Of a stretch of 64,000 bases of DNA, positions 1 through 11,550 are shown piece after piece. The stretch spans positions 1,612,001 through 1,676,000 of the forward strand of contig NC_089432.1 in NCBI RefSeq assembly GCF_026210795.1. The letters are read 5' to 3'. This stretch comes from Rhizophagus irregularis. Lineage: Eukaryota. Numbering within the stretch: position 1 is the stretch's first letter; each line of letters starts with the position of its first letter. The notes beneath the pieces are model-generated. The model saw only the letters and a program-made list of their open reading frames with translations, did not search any database and was not told the origin of the DNA. The translations under genes were made by a program, and so were the position numbers.

Positions 1-620
1 ATTTTTTTTGGACAATTTTGTCCAAATTTCATACTTTGTAATTTTTTTTTGGACAGTTTTGTTCAAACTTCGTACTTTTTAGATTTTTTTTTCACATTAT
101 TTTGTCCAATCTTTATAATTTTTTAGCGATTTGTCTATTTTTTTTTTTACTTTTTTTTGGATAATTTTGTCCAAATTCCATACTTTGTAATTTTTTTTGG
201 ACAGTTTTGTTCAAACTTCGTACTTTTTAGATTTTTTTTTCACATTATTTTGTCCAATCTTTATAATTTTTTAGCGATTTGTCTATTTTTTTTTTTACTT
301 TTTTTTTGGATAATTTTGTCCAAATTCCATACTTTGTAATTTTTTTTGGACAGTTTTGTTCAAACTTCGTACTTTTTAGATTTTTTTTTCACATTATTTT
401 GTCCAATCTTTATAATTTTTTAGCGATTTGTCTATTTTTTTTTTTTACTTTTTTTTTGGACAATTTTGTCCAAATTTCGTACTTTGTAATTTTTTTTTGG
501 ACAGTTTTGTTCAAACTTCGTACTTTTTAGATTTTTTTTTCACATTATTTTGTCCAATCTTTATAATTTTTTAGCGATTTGTCTATTTTTTTTTACTTTT
601 TTTTTGGACAATTTTGTTCA
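1..620. repeat. T-rich tandem repeat, unit ~150 bp, ~4 copies (runs off the window start)
   Basis: The motif gttcaaacttcgtac recurs at 61, 209, 358 and 509. Units differ mainly in poly-T length. ORFs 157-339 and 279-530 are artefacts of this repeat. Confidence 0.92.
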
Positions 621-774
621 CTTATGGATGATTTTGTCTATTTTTTTCACTAAATAAATAAGAATTTTTGCTTTAAATAAAACATTAACTAATTATTTTT
701 ATTTAAATTTACATATTCATTTATTTACAATATCAATTTTGAATACATCAGTTTTTCATTTTGACAATTTTGAC

Positions 775-1150
775 AATTCGACAATTCTAAAAATTTCGAC
801 ATGTCGAAATTAATTTCGTACAGTTTGTACATTTCGACAATTTCGTCAATTTGACAATTCTAAAAATTTTGACATGTCGAAATTAATTTCGTACAGTTTG
901 TACATTTTGACAATTTCGTCAATTTGACAATTCTAAAAATTTCGACATGTCGAAATTAATTTCGTACAGTTTGTACATTTCAACAATTTCGTCAATTCGA
1001 CAATTCTAAAAATTTCGACATGTCGAAATTAATTTCGTACAGTTTGTACATTTCGACAATTTCGTCAATTCGACAATTCTAAAAATTTCGACATGTCGAA
1101 ATTAATTTCGTACAGTTTGTACATTTCGTCAATTTCATCAATTCGACATA
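775..1150. repeat. 73-bp tandem repeat, ~5 copies, each with the 20-bp palindrome aatttcgacatgtcgaaatt; probable transposon subterminal array
   Basis: ttctaaaaa recurs at 785, 858, 931, 1004 and 1077. Degenerate tttcgac motifs continue to ~1260. Confidence 0.9.
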
Positions 1151-1284
1151 TCAAAATTATTTCGACAATTCTGACTATTTCGACATTTCAATAATTTCTA
1201 CATGTTGAAATTATTTCGGCATTTCGGCATTTCGACAGATTTTAATTTCGACATTTTGGCTTTAACCTTTACCATTTCAGCTGG

Positions 1285-1692
1285 TAACTTTATTTGCACT
1301 ATAAGAGACCTGTTTAATTTTTTCTAATCCTAATGTATTGAATAATTTATATAATTTTCTAGCTTTAAGGATTTTTTGACATAAATTCACATCTGTTATA
1401 TCAGGTAAAAGCTGTTTGATTTCTTGATATACCATAGATGTTGCAGTTTTTTTTTAACTCCACTGGCAACAAGGTTGTTAATCCTTTCATCATATTTTTC
1501 TATAAAGTAGTACCAGTATAAAATTGCTTCTTGGCCAAGCTTATTAGCTTTCCTGAACATGCAAACTATATTTTGTGCAGTATTTGAAGATGGATCCTGT
1601 CCTTCTAAAGTTTGATCCAACATAGTTGTATGTGCAGGTGACGATAACTGTTGCTTCAAATATGCTTTTATGTCATACAGGAATTGCATCAT
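1285..1692 (-). pseudogene. Frameshifted fragment of a hypothetical protein
   Basis: ORF 1396-1692 shifts frame at a poly-A run (GVKKK). It continues as TATSMVYQEIKQLLPDITDVNLCQKILKARKLYKLFNTLGLEKIKQVSYSAN and stops at the edge of the repeat region (~1285). It resembles a repetitive Glomeromycotina hypothetical family from memory (not verified). Confidence 0.55.
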
Positions 1693-2302
1693 TACACGTG
1701 ACTTTTAACAAGAAAGAAATACAATATATCAAATAAAAAATGTTGCTAAAGCACAACTGATATATAAAAAATGCGAATACAAAGCTGTTTCAACACGGGA
1801 GATGTAAACTAATCTTGATATTTACCAATTAGCTATCAGTCATTATGATATTTTTTATTCAAGGATCATTATCCTCTGTTTTTACCAAACTGATTTTAAG
1901 ATTTACATATAAAGGGATGCTGCAGAAATAAATATTTTTTTTATTAAGGAATCATATGTCGATTATGTCGATTTAAATTCTTTAATTTAGGCATATCAGT
2001 GGATTTGCGTAATCACATGTTAGCCGAATATAGTAAATTAATTAGAGAACGGGTTTTCCCTTTCTATAATAAATTTATTATAGTCAAATGACGCATGATT
2101 ATGCAAATCCACCGATTTATTATAAATATTAAACTTATTCTTATTGCGAAGTAAAAATATTTTTTTTTTCATATTTAAAAAGAAGTCATGAAAAAAATAT
2201 AGAATGTGGGGACCAAACATATGGAGAAAAATTTTCCTATGTGGCCATTAGCCTGGATGGTTCAATAGTAGCAATGTTTAATCCATGTGAGTTATAGTTA
2301 TA

Positions 2303-2391
2303 TATTATTGGATGATTAAACTAAATAATAGTCTAATAGTGGCACGTAGTGCCACATTAGACTATTATATAGTTTAAATCATCCAATAATA
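2303..2391. repeat. Near-perfect ~89-bp foldback palindrome inserted in intron 1 of paralogue 1
   Basis: tattattggatgattaaactaaataatagtctaatagtggcac-gta-gtgccacattagactattatatagtttaaatcatccaataata. It is absent from intron 1 of the other paralogues. Confidence 0.85.
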
Positions 2392-2636
2392 ATATTATCA
2401 GTTTGACAGGACCATTCATGCAATTTTTATAATAAACTCCCATTACTATCCAATAATTTTATTATTATGCCAATACATAGTAATATGAGATAACTGACCT
2501 AAATAACAATTACGTAAAATCTGCATGAACTTATAAGGATAACTGATAATAATATATATATATGTATATATTATCATGTATTAATTTACTAATAATGAAA
2601 TAATGCGTTTACTGATTAAAAAGATGATATATATAT

Positions 2637-3130
2637 GTTGTGCCTCAGATCGATTCTTGCCTCAGCTGACAGCTGACGCACCTCAGATTAAAATCGTCAC
2701 CTAACACGTCTCATTTGAATCGTATAAATTTAATCTACTATAAATAAACTTTTTTCTATTAATTAAATTGCCTTCATGTTATAAGTAAATATATTTGTCA
2801 CAATAATGTACACATATTCTGAAATTTTTATACAATTTTAATTCCTATTAAATATACAATGCGAATATATTTGGAAAATTTGCATTTTAAATACATTTTT
2901 AAATGAAGATTTCAAAAGCAATCATGAATCCAATTGATCTAAAATTTTGGGATTGAATATTTGAAAATACAGCAAATAAGTTTTATTAATAATCAAATGT
3001 ACATTAGATTAGAAAATTTAATGCTTAATTATAATCAATTTTTTATTGTAAAGTGAGGCGCGTCAGGTGGCGATTTTAATCTGAGGTGCGTCAGCTGTCA
3101 GCTGAGGCAAGAATCAATCTGAGGCACAAC
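2637..3130. mobile_element. MITE with ~80-bp terminal inverted repeats in an (AT)n tract
   Basis: Left end gttgtgcctcagatcgattcttgcctcagctgacagctgacgcacctcagattaaaatcg; its reverse complement ends at 3130 (...gaggcacaac). Both sides are flanked by atatat. Confidence 0.9.
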
Positions 3131-3840
3131 ATATATATCCAATTAATCTATTAAAAAAAATGAGAATTAAGTTCCTCAAAATTTATTTTTTAGACGGTTC
3201 TTCTATATTAATCACAAAAGTGGTAACAAGTAAAGCGGCAACAAGTGAACAGGCAAAAATAAGTTTCAATAATATAAAAAAATTTTTTGATATAATGCCA
3301 TCCAACATTCTTGGATGGTTTTTAACTGTTTCAGATTCTGAAAATAATATTGGCTTGATTACAATTTCTTGTATAACTGATGAAGACATAAATCCAAAAC
3401 TAAAAATTCGGCATAGAAAACTAAATCGATATGCAGTAAAATTACTTGTCTATTATATTTCTATCAATATTTTTTAATTCTCAATTTTTTGTTTATTCCT
3501 TTTCCCTTATTTATTATCTTTTTTTGTATTTCCTTGTATTATTGTTTCTATAATCTCAGATACATTGTTAACAATATTAAACTACTGACTTGGAATTCTA
3601 GTAAAGGAATGATGAAGCTTTTCAAATTTTCATTTGATAATAATAATAGTATGGTGTGCACAGTCTAAAGCCACCACTTTTTTATTTTTTGGCCAAATTT
3701 ATATAAAATCACGTGAGCAAATTTCATTGGTCAATATTTACTTATCATATATATATATAGGTGGGTTTGTAGAATAGAATACCAATTGTTTAGCCAGAAT
3801 TAATAATAATTCTGGCTAAAATGATTTATAAATTCATATT

Positions 3841-5028
3841 ATAGTGCAGAACCTCTATACTCAACTACTTATGTATAATAACAATTGATTGATTATAAAT
3901 TCCTAAAAAAATTTTTTTTATATTTAATTAAAAAATTTAACCGATAATTTTTATAGCTTTAAAAATTATTGGTTATTTTTTTTCTAAATTAAATTTTGGC
4001 TGAGTTTTAGCTGTTTAAAAATCTGTAATTTAAATATATTGATTAAATTGAGACTAGGGATGGCAACGGTCGGTCATGGTCGGTCATCAGTCGGTCATAA
4101 CCGGTCAAGAACCTTTGACCGACTGACTGACCGTTTGACCGACCGGTCTGACCAACCAGTTAACCGACCATTTGACCGACTGGTTAACCAATCCTGAAAA
4201 CATTTGCAAAACGTAATTTAATTGAAATACTTAATAAAAAATGTTTTCACAACGTTTTCTATTAAAATAATTAAAAAAATGTTTGCGAAACATTTTTTTT
4301 ATTAAATTACATTTCACAAACGTTTTCAGGATCGGTTAAACAGTTGGTCAAACGGTCAGTTAACCGGTCGGTCTGACCGGTCGGTCAAACGGTCGGTCAG
4401 AGGTCTTTGACCGACCGATATCGGTCACGGTCATGACCAGTCATAACCGGTTAATGACTGTGATTATTGCCATCCCTAATTGAGACTAGTTTAAATTTTT
4501 GTATTACAGGTTTTTTTAGCCATATTTAATGTACAGATTTTTTTTTTAATATGCTAAGAAGAAAAAAAATTTTAAAACTGCAAAAAAAGATTTAATAAAT
4601 AAGGTTGTTTAAATATAGGTTAATTTAGTGTTATAGATGATAATTATATACCATCAAGTGAATATTTAAAAGACAGTTCAGATGAATTTATAAATGAAAA
4701 AATTCAAAAACTAAGTAATTTTACTTTAATTTGGTCAAAAAATACATATAATAAAATACAAATCTCATTGATTCATCAGTTTATAATGAAATACAATAAA
4801 TAAATATATTATATAAATTTTAATATCTAAAATCCTAATTTCTGATTGGTTAATATATGTATCACGTGATGCTTACATAATCTGAAAAATTGAGACTTTT
4901 TTTTTTATTTTATAAATCAATTCCTTTTAATAAATAGAGTTTAATTTTTTTATAAAATTAAAATCCAATCATAAAATCAAATTTTATTCAATTTTTTTTA
5001 AGTTCCTATTATAGAGGTTCTGCACCAT
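3841..5028. mobile_element. Second TIR element nested in 3649-5486
   Basis: atagtgcagaacctctata (3841) and tatagaggttctgcaccat (ends 5028) form a ~19-bp inverted pair with one mismatch. No clear TSD was established. Confidence 0.6.
4055..4478. mobile_element. hAT-family MITE (424 bp)
   Basis: TIR tagggatggcaa/ttgccatcccta, similar to the Ac/Ds CAGGGATGAAA end. Perfect 8-bp TSD attgagac (4047-4054 and 4479-4486). Many subterminal gaccg/cggtc motifs. Confidence 0.93.
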
Positions 5029-7138
5029 ATCAGAAAGAATCTGTTATTTTATTATATTTAAAATTATGATACCTATTAAATTTTTTCTATATTCATTAAG
5101 AATAATAAACATATATTTAATTTGTTTTTTTTTAAAAAAATAAAGTTTAAAGATAAATAATTCTCATTCAGTTATTTAAACAAAAATATTTTTATATTAA
5201 TTCTTAATTTAGGCCAGTTTATAAATTTTGGCCTGCATCATATTAATATTAAACTGGCCAAATTCCTTCAAATTTATTCAAAACATAGTAAAATAACCAA
5301 AATTAAAACTTATATATCTTATGCTACAGTAATTCAATTTGAAAAAACTCTCTGTTACATAAAAGTATACTGTTTAAACTACAATATTACAGAAAGTTTT
5401 TTTAAAAAATATTGATTAAATTTTTTATTCTATTCATTTGAAATCACATAATAAAAAGTGGTGGCTTTAAACTGTGTGCACCATACTAATACGAATAATG
5501 ATAGTGATACTTCAATATACAAATAATGTCTTGGCGAGGTTGTTAGTTTTTTAAAAAATACTAAAAACTCTTCAAATTGTGCAACGCTCGTCTGCACGAA
5601 TTGTATAAAAATACAAAAGATAGGGATTAAATTAAATGAATTAAATGTACATGATGAAAGTGGTTATATATTACCTGAAAATTTATATAAAGAATTGGAA
5701 AGCTTTGAGGATTCAAGACGCAATTGGAAATATCTTTTGAAATCTAGATTTAGAGAATTTTTAATGGTTGACATAAGCGATTACAAGCATATACAATGTA
5801 TTGAAATATACAATATTAATACTTCACAATTAGTAAATGTTTTTTACAGACATTGTAGAGAAAAGGATTTTATAATTTCAAGAAACAATGAACCCGGAAT
5901 TTTTGCAATATCAACTGATTCAAGATTATTTGCTTATTCTTATGGAGACAACATTATTACAACTTATTTAATGGAACGTGAACTTGAGGTTGTTTCAAAA
6001 AAATTTGACAACATTTATAAAATTAAATTTTTAGAATTTATCGAAAAAGATAAAAAATTATTCATTATTGAAGAAGATAAAGAACATGATGAGAAATTTC
6101 ATACTTGGATTATATCAGGATGTTTAAATGATTATCTTTCTATTTCTAAAGATGATATTGGTTTATCAGATGAGCATTATAATACTTTGACAAAGGCAAA
6201 TGAAAAAGTAATTTTTTATAATAAAGTTGATGAGAAACAGTTTAGGATTGTATCTATAAAAGGGACAACTTTTGGAGAAAGTGACCCCGTGACTGATGAG
6301 CATGAATATCAATCATGTGATCTAGAACCATGGAATATTAATGCAAAGACTATTCACGGTAGATTTCTTAATAATGACAGAAGGTTTCTTCTATTAATCG
6401 GTCAAAATAGTATTAAATTATGGAAATCTAAATCCATAAATTTTATGAATTTTGATAATTTTAAAAATTTCAAAAATTCGAATCTTGTCTATATTTTAAT
6501 AAGTGATAAAATCAAACCAGAAATTAAAACTAAATTCCTAATTGAAGATGATATGACTACTGTAATAATTCATGCATGCAAATCACTTGTTTATCTCTAT
6601 AATCGTAAGCATGTAAGAAGTATCAAAAAACATCAAAAGTTTGTTAGTGGAATAACAAATATTATTAAAGATTTTATCAGAAAATATCCTGACAATTGAA
6701 AACTTATGGAGATTCAATATCCTTTAATGTCATATCTAATTTATTCCCGTTCATTTTCTTTAATTAAATATGTTCTGTTTGAAAATACTGAAAAGTTACA
6801 CAGACCACAAAGTAAATATGATTCTTATCCTTATTACAGTTACTTGAAATTATATGAGTATTTTAAATTGAATGATGAAGATTTGAAATCAGTTAATGAT
6901 TTAGAATTAGCTTTAGAATTCTGTGAAGGTTTGCATTTTAATTTCTTACTACTCATTTTATTACTACTTGTTTTATTGTTATAGTATATAGTAATTTATG
7001 GGCTTTATTTAAACGATTTTATTTATAGATCAAGATACTGTTATATTAGCATATTTATTAGAATATTATATTGAAAATTCTATGACTCATATTGGTTGGA
7101 TGATTAATGTTACAAAAATTCTTCCGAAATTACCCGGT

Positions 7139-8552
7139 CCCTATGAAAAAAAATCATCCAATTTTTGTACAATATTTGTTCAAGTCCGTGTGGAAATTGT
7201 TCAATTATTGCAGATTTTTGGATAAAAATAGCTATGAAGTTTTTCAAAGCATATTAAAAGTATGCAATTTTTGTACAACTTAAATTTAGGATATAGAAAA
7301 TGTTCAATTTTTGTGTGATCTTTATACAACTTAAATTTAGGATACAGAAAACATTCAATTTTTGTACAATAAAAATTGTGATTATTGTACAACTTGAAAA
7401 TAGACTTAAATTTAGGATATGGAAAGCAATTTTTGGGTAATCCTACTATACTACTTTCCATCTTACCTGTATGGTTACATTTGACCACTTTTAGGGTCAA
7501 ATAGACCACTTTTAACCATTACAAATAGATTTTCCTAAGTAAAGTGATTTATGCAGTAAGGTTACACAAAATTCAACTGCATATTTGCTTATAAACGGGT
7601 ATCTTCCGTACCCATTGGTGAAATTTTTGTATCATCTTGTAACTAAAAAGAAGTCAAAAACTTTTTATTAGGTTACACAATTAGTTCTGACTGGAATTAT
7701 AATTTGGCCAGAATTATGCGGTAAAAATCAACTCTTAAAATAATATATTTTGATCACGTGGTCTGATCGTCAAAATAAATATGACAACGTGAAATGTTTT
7801 TGTTTATGTTTTTTTAACCTTTTAACTTTTCTTCAACTTTCTTTTAAAATATCAGGTAAGAAAAACTTGTGTTCTTTATCTTTTTATTTTCCTAACTTTT
7901 TACATTTTAATGTTACTAACTTGCTTTCTTCACTAACTTCATACTTTTTTTTATTACTAACACTAATAATTTACTTTTTAACACTACTAATTTGCTTTCT
8001 TCACTAACTTCATACTTTTTTATTACTAACACTAATAATTTACTTTTTAACACTACTAATTTGCTTTCTTCACTAACTTCATACTTTTTTATTTAATACT
8101 AATAATTTACTTACACTAATAATTTACTTTCTTCTTTGGTACTACTAATTTACTTTCATGTTACTAACATACTTTATTTTATTTTATTTTCTTACAAATT
8201 TTTATATTTATGATTATATCAAATTTAGTATTTTATTTATGAAATATTGTGTATATTTTTTATATTTTAAGTCAATAAAAATTCATAATTTCACTTTATA
8301 AATTGCCTGTTATTACTGTAAAATTTAACCTATAATTTTTAAAATATGGCCTAAAATTTGGCTCAAAAATCACACAATAATTGTATAAATTCAGCTCAAA
8401 AATAGGATAATTATTGAATGAATTACCATGCAATAATTGTGTGATTTATTGCAATTTTTAGCACAATTATTGTATGGTCAAATATACAGAAATCGTAGTG
8501 AATTTAATTGAATGATTTTTCGACAAAAATCACACAGACTTTTTTCATAGGG
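7139..8552. mobile_element. CCCTA-ended non-autonomous element (CMC/EnSpm-like), 1414 bp
   Basis: TIR ccctatgaaaaaa/ttttttcataggg. 3-bp TSD ggt (7136-7138 and 8553-8555) at the exon-3 splice donor. Confidence 0.88.
7915..8130. repeat. ~70-bp tandem repeat (3 copies) inside the CCCTA element
   Basis: ttgctttcttcactaacttcatactttttt recurs at ~7921, ~7992 and ~8061. Confidence 0.85.
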
Positions 8553-11388
8553 GGTATATTTATTAAATAATAATTTTTGTTGCTTTTTGTTTATCAATTA
8601 CATTTTCCTTTACTAAATTGTTTTTATTTTATATAGCTAATTACACGGAGTTATTATATTATAAACCTTGTTTTGGAGGAATAAGTTACAATTTTCCAAA
8701 TAAAAGATTTAAAGAGTTGTCAGTCAGTGAATATAATTTAAAAGTATATATACCACTTACTCGGCTCAAAACAACAGAATCTTTAACCTTTTCAGAATAC
8801 AAGAAAATAGGGTAAATATTATTTAAATATCTCAATTTATTAAATCTATCACTGACACATTTTTTAAAAAAATATAGAGATGAGGAATTACATAATATTT
8901 ATATGGTTCCGTTTCCAAATTTTACAACTTACAACACAAAAAACTTCTCTAAATGTTATGTTAGTTTTTTTTTTGAAAAATTTTTCCTTACTTTGATTGT
9001 CTTATTCAATTATATCCTCAGATTGTAGCATCAATAATTAATAATTTTCTACCCGCTCGTACTTGTTTGTGAATTATTAATCGTATATTATATCATGCTG
9101 TAATACTTTACTATATATAAACTTTTTTTGATTCACCCATATCACGTTCTATGTTTTACGAAGAAAAAAAATCCTAATTAAAAATGAAACCACTGATAAG
9201 AAACGGTTACTTTGTTAGTCTATTTGGTTTTATTGTGATTGCACAAGAAATTGTTTCTGGAATCATGCGTTAAATCTTTTAAGAAAAATAATTCCGAATG
9301 CCATTTTAATAAATACCTAGGTAGATATCACGTTCAATAATTTGGCTGTATAATGCTAATAACCACAAAATAAATGTCTGGATAATGACGTAACAAACTG
9401 AATGTAATAAAATTCGATAGATAAATATTGGTTAAAACAACAAATATAAAAATAATTTAAGAATTAATTTTTTATTATTATTTAATGAAAATAATTTGAA
9501 ATTTATGATACTTTGAGGCTAAGACTATAGTCGATACTGAGACAATTTTGAAGGGAATAATAGAAACCTATAAAAAATCTCTGAAAAAAATATATTCTTA
9601 TGATTTATCGCAGGCGCAGTAAATTATAAATCAAAAAAGTGTAAGCCTAGAATAATTTGATTAATTCATGCCATCCTCCTAACGTATTCTGGTTTCAGGT
9701 TTTCCTTAGTATTTAATTCATTTTTGTTATTTAGTAGTATGCCTTCAATAGTACTGATCTATTTATTCCAATATCTACTGTTGTAGCTTTACCCGTTAAT
9801 GTTTAGTAATACTTCTGAATTTTTACCTCACGGTATTCTTAGTTGTTCATCATTAGTTAATTACATTTACGTTGTTAGTTGAAACTTTACCACTATTTAA
9901 ATGAAATTGACGAAGAGAGATTTCACCCAATCGATTATTTCCAGAAAACTGTTATGAGAAATTAATTGAATAATCATTATGAGGAATTAATAGATTATTT
10001 CCAGAATAATTATAGTGTTAATAGCGATGTATTCGCATTTCAGATTGCTAACATCTCTAATAATATTATAGGTCATAACGTCATATTGTGAATAATATTC
10101 TGATTTCTACTTACTGTGCAGATTGAATTATTCGTTCTCATTTTCAAATAAGTTTGTTAATATTTTTGTCTTAAAAAGATCATTTGAATGAAATCAGTCA
10201 CGTGGCGGTAAAATTATAAGATAGTTATGGCAATTATTTATTTGTACTTTAAAATAAAATAAAATTATACACACTATTTAAGTTTAAATTCATTATTATC
10301 GATTTGAGATATGAATGGCAATTAAATTAAATGCAATGATTTATTTATCGATTTTAAATTTTCATATCGGGAATTTCAATGAAAGTCGATTTTTTATGCA
10401 AACCCTGGAAGACGGGATCGCCACGAAATTTTGCATCACATGTATGGAAAAAACGTGCCACCGGGTCTATCATTAAGGTCCAGTGATTTGCCAAAATTAT
10501 AGAGCTAGGCTTAATAAAAGATATTATTGTGATACCATGAAAATTTTGTTCGACAAGTTCGACAATAAGCAGATTTAGTATTCCTCAGCAAAATTTTTTG
10601 ATATGCTTTTTCTTTTTTTTTCATTTTCATTAAGGATATTATTCTCTTTTGGATTTTATATGTATTATTGTGACATCTTTTCTGTTTTCAAATATAAATT
10701 TCAAATCTTTTAACGTATGTGGTATATACAATACCTCTTCGTTTTGCAAAATTTGTAAGATTTGTAAATTTTTTATAATGTAACTAATTTAACTAAACAT
10801 ATTTCTTTTAATAATTAAAGTCTAATTTTTGATATCATGGAATAATAAAATTTTACTTTAGAATCGGAACATGATCGGCCTATCGGCCGATCATTTATCC
10901 GATCAAGCCTAAAATTATAAAAATGATTAATAATTGAAAAATTATATAAATTTGATTAGGATTATAAGCACACGACATAAATAACTAAGGTTTATTTGTA
11001 AAAGAAATTTAATAAACTCGAAGAAAAAAAAATAATAAATTTTAAAATTAATTTCTTATTTATTTTCATCTGGATAAAAGTGATATTACGAAAATAAAAT
11101 TCGTTATTTAAGCTATATGGATCGCTATGTACATTAAAATTAATTTTAAGATGAAAACTGATTTTACATTTTTGGCTGCAAAGATCAGGGATGTTGCATC
11201 TTCAAACGCAAACAAATATTTTTGGTGTTACTTAAATGTTAATAATTTTTAACTAAATTAATTTTTGTAAACAGTAGAATTTGGATCTACATATGCAATT
11301 TGCGATTCTAAGATTACTTTTATATACATTAGACGTATCAAAATAAAAATATTTTTTTTTTCATATTTTGATATAAGAAAAAGAAATC

Positions 11389-11519
11389 ATGACAAGAGAT
11401 ATAGAATGTGGTGACCAAACATATGGAGAAAAAATTTCCTATGTGGCCATTAGCCCGGATGGTTCGATGGTAGCAACGTTTAATCCATGTGAGTTATTAA
11501 TATTTATCCAATTTTTTCT

Positions 11520-11550
<31 letters not shown>

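Larger units (their letters stand above)
3649..5486. mobile_element. Non-autonomous TIR DNA transposon with TA target duplication, inserted in exon 2 of paralogue 1
   Basis: TIRs gtatggtgtgcacagtctaaagccaccacttttt / aaaaagtggtggctttaaactgtgtgcaccatac, with TA on both sides. Removing it rejoins the poly-Asn segment seen in the other paralogues. Confidence 0.85.
2188..8990 (+). pseudogene. TRP-like channel paralogue 1, pseudogene
   Basis: Homologous to paralogues 2-4. Exon 1 at 2188-2286 has a 1-nt deletion after the ATG. Exon 2 (3194-6928) has stops, including TGG>TGA at 6697-6699, and a nested transposon insertion at 3649-5486. Exon 3 from 7029 is hit at its splice donor by the 7139-8552 element. 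Exon 4 is ~8636-8811. Exon 5 is truncated near 8990, so the channel domain is lost. Confidence 0.88.

Noticed and set aside
157..530. Phe-rich ORFs 157-339 and 279-530
   Set aside because: They are translations of the T-rich 150-bp tandem repeat.
775..1150. CRISPR-like array of palindromic repeats
   Set aside because: The intervening sequences are identical rather than unique spacers, there are no cas genes, and the context is eukaryotic.
3183..3389. Conserved antisense ORFs (3183-3389, 11569-11769, 25868-26077, 57728-57979)
   Set aside because: They are shadows of the conserved sense-strand exon 2 of the channel paralogues, with no independent evidence.
6697..6699. TGA at a Trp position as alternative genetic code or readthrough
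   Set aside because: Paralogues 3 and 4 have TGG here and paralogue 1 has many other lesions, so it is an ordinary nonsense mutation.
9660..10100. Possible decayed coding fragment on the minus strand
   Set aside because: Multiple stops and frameshifts, and no family I could identify.
10871..10894. Hairpin atgatcggcc-tatc-ggccgatcat
   Set aside because: An isolated 10-bp stem with no associated terminus or gene context; function unsupported.
11524..11549. A26 tract as a retro-insertion
   Set aside because: Paralogues 1 and 4 have shorter A-runs at the same intron position and there is no TSD, so it is best explained by slippage.
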